Assembly: GCA_036172245.1 (NCBI GenBank)
Contig: JAYWIR010000031.1
Location: forward strand, 2,356,001-2,420,000
Direction of reading: 5' to 3'
Length of the DNA stretch: 64,000 nt
From: Raillietiella orientalis
Lineage: Eukaryota
The translations under genes and the position numbers were made by a program. Position 1 is the stretch's first letter. Every line of letters begins with the position of its first letter. Below the pieces are notes generated by a model, which was not told the origin of the DNA, ran no database searches, and was given only the letters and a program-made list of their open reading frames with translations. Of this stretch, positions 62,360 to 64,000 are shown in pieces.

Positions 62360-64000
62360 AGGGGATTTGGAGAAGGGGTCGCCAACAGCAGGACTTTCCT
62401 GCAGGCGCGCACCATTTTCAGACGGGCTAATGTCAGTCGGCTTGCGGAATACAAGGCGAGAGCCGAGCGCCAGGTCTGGCAGTCTGACGCATCTTGCTTG
62501 CTCGGCGAAAAAGGCCTGGAATGCTCGACACCAGCCGATATTCGACGCATCGTAAGGAGTTATTACTCCTCGCTATACGCGGAAGCACCTACGGAAAATA
62601 TCTTTTCGAAGATACTACTTTCCCAGGATGCTCCCGCTGTTCGAGAACAGGAACGCTCACGTCTCTACGAGTCCTTCACTGCGGAGGAAATTTCCTCCGC
62701 AATCACGAAGCTCGAGAGACGAAAAGCGCCAGGCGAATATGGGCTGCCCGCGGAGTTTTACCAGTGCTTCGCGGTGGAGTTCGTGTCCTTGGTGCTTCGC
62801 CTCTCGTCGCTGACGAGGGTTTCGGGGGATGTCCCCAAATCCTTCCTCTCAGCGAGGGTGCGTCTCCTGCCTAAAGGTGGAGACGCACGCCATCTGAACA
62901 ACTGGCGTCCGGTTAAATTGGTGAACTCGGACGTCAAGTTGTTCTCCAAGGTGTGGGTTGCGCGCCTTGGGAGAATCGCGCCGTCCTTGGTGAGCCCGGA
63001 GCAGACTTACGCTGTTCCCAAGAGGTCCATGGACGAGAATCTCCGGTTTGCCCGCACCTGGATCCAGCTGCAGGAGCGGGTAGCGCAGCGAAGCTGATCC
63101 GTGTGCAAGGCCGCTGCCAAAGGCACACAGTATCGACAGAAGCGGCAAGAAGGTACGTTGGGTGCCTTGGCGGTCGCAGTCGACCTCCACAAGGCGTTCG
63201 ATTGCTTGAATCAAGGACTCCTATTGTAGGTCTTGGAACGCATGGGTTACCGGCGCAAGTCATAAAGTACTGGCGCGCATGCTGGCGCCACGCGCTAACT
63301 TGCATTTGTTTCAGCGGCTGCAACGTTTACAGTATTCCCCTGCGCAGGGGCATCAGGCACGGTGACAATTTAAGCCCGTTGCTCTTCAGCATTTTCTTTG
63401 AGTCGGTGCTGAGGGTGTACAGGCTGACGCTGAAATTCTTGCGAAGCTCTTGCCCGGGAACGCCTGCCGTGGCTGTCTATGCAGATGACCTGCTTCTTCT
63501 TCTCCCCATGTCCACCCCGGCGTCCAGTGTCGAAGATTTCTTCAAACTGCTTCAACGGGGAGCAGGCGTGAGCGTGAACCGGAAGAAGAGTGTGGTGGTT
63601 CCTGTAGGTGCGTCGTGGGAGAGGCAGTCCTACTGGATCAGCATAGGGATCCCCACGGCAAGGTACTTTAAGTACCTTGGCGTTCCGTTGGGCGACCTCG
63701 GCGCTACCGAGGCGTGGTGAGACTGCTTTCATTAGGCTGATTTGGCCGCCAGCCAGTTCATTAACGGCAAGTTTACCTTGCCAGAACGGGTGGCTATTGG
63801 GAACACCTTCGTGGTGCGCCTCTTCCGAACCCTCTTTTTTGTGATGGACCCCCCCTACGTGGCCAAAGAGCGTGCAAAACGCCTGCTAAGGAACGCTCTC
63901 TGGGAACCGGCGCGATCCAGGATCCAACTGAAAGACCTCACTGCTCCACGTCGGGATGCTGGGCTTGGTATGCTTACGATGGAGAGAATCGGACTGCAAG
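62360..64000 (+). mobile_element. 5'-truncated Tx1-like element F (C-type RT), head-to-head with E/B, runs off the window
   Basis: RGFGEGVANSRTFLQAR..NNWRPVKLVNSDVK..YADD..KYLGV with stops and frameshifts. Confidence 0.92.

Noticed and set aside
1..64000. CRISPR array, rRNA genes or prokaryotic operon
   Set aside because: No regularly spaced direct repeats or rRNA signatures; spliceosomal introns and LINEs indicate eukaryotic DNA

Overview
Eukaryotic (invertebrate-like) genomic DNA dominated by one GC-rich family of L1/Tx1-clade non-LTR retrotransposons (ORF1 with an RRM-like region and two CCHC knuckles; ORF2 with APE endonuclease, RT and a C-terminal zinc finger). There are three zones. 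(1) ~1-33.5 kb is a graveyard of old element fragments, interleaved with a hairpin-rich repeat carrying tRNA B-box-like motifs, a decayed Wolbachia-like dnaK fragment and a C-depleted foldback. (2) ~34-43 kb is an AT-richer host island holding an intact malectin gene with a 44-nt intron and probably a second 42-nt intron. (3) ~43-64 kb is a younger nested/tandem pile of elements, including a full-length 5,972-bp copy with a 9-bp TSD inserted into the GDFN motif of a sister element. The main observations are: elements end in AATAAA plus a covarying hairpin with no poly(A); a covarying CUGCGU-loop 3'UTR stem; AUG-less ORF2 overlapping ORF1 in the -1 frame; and two insertions at the same site of the structured repeat, suggesting target specificity. 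All calls were made by eye; no database search was run.
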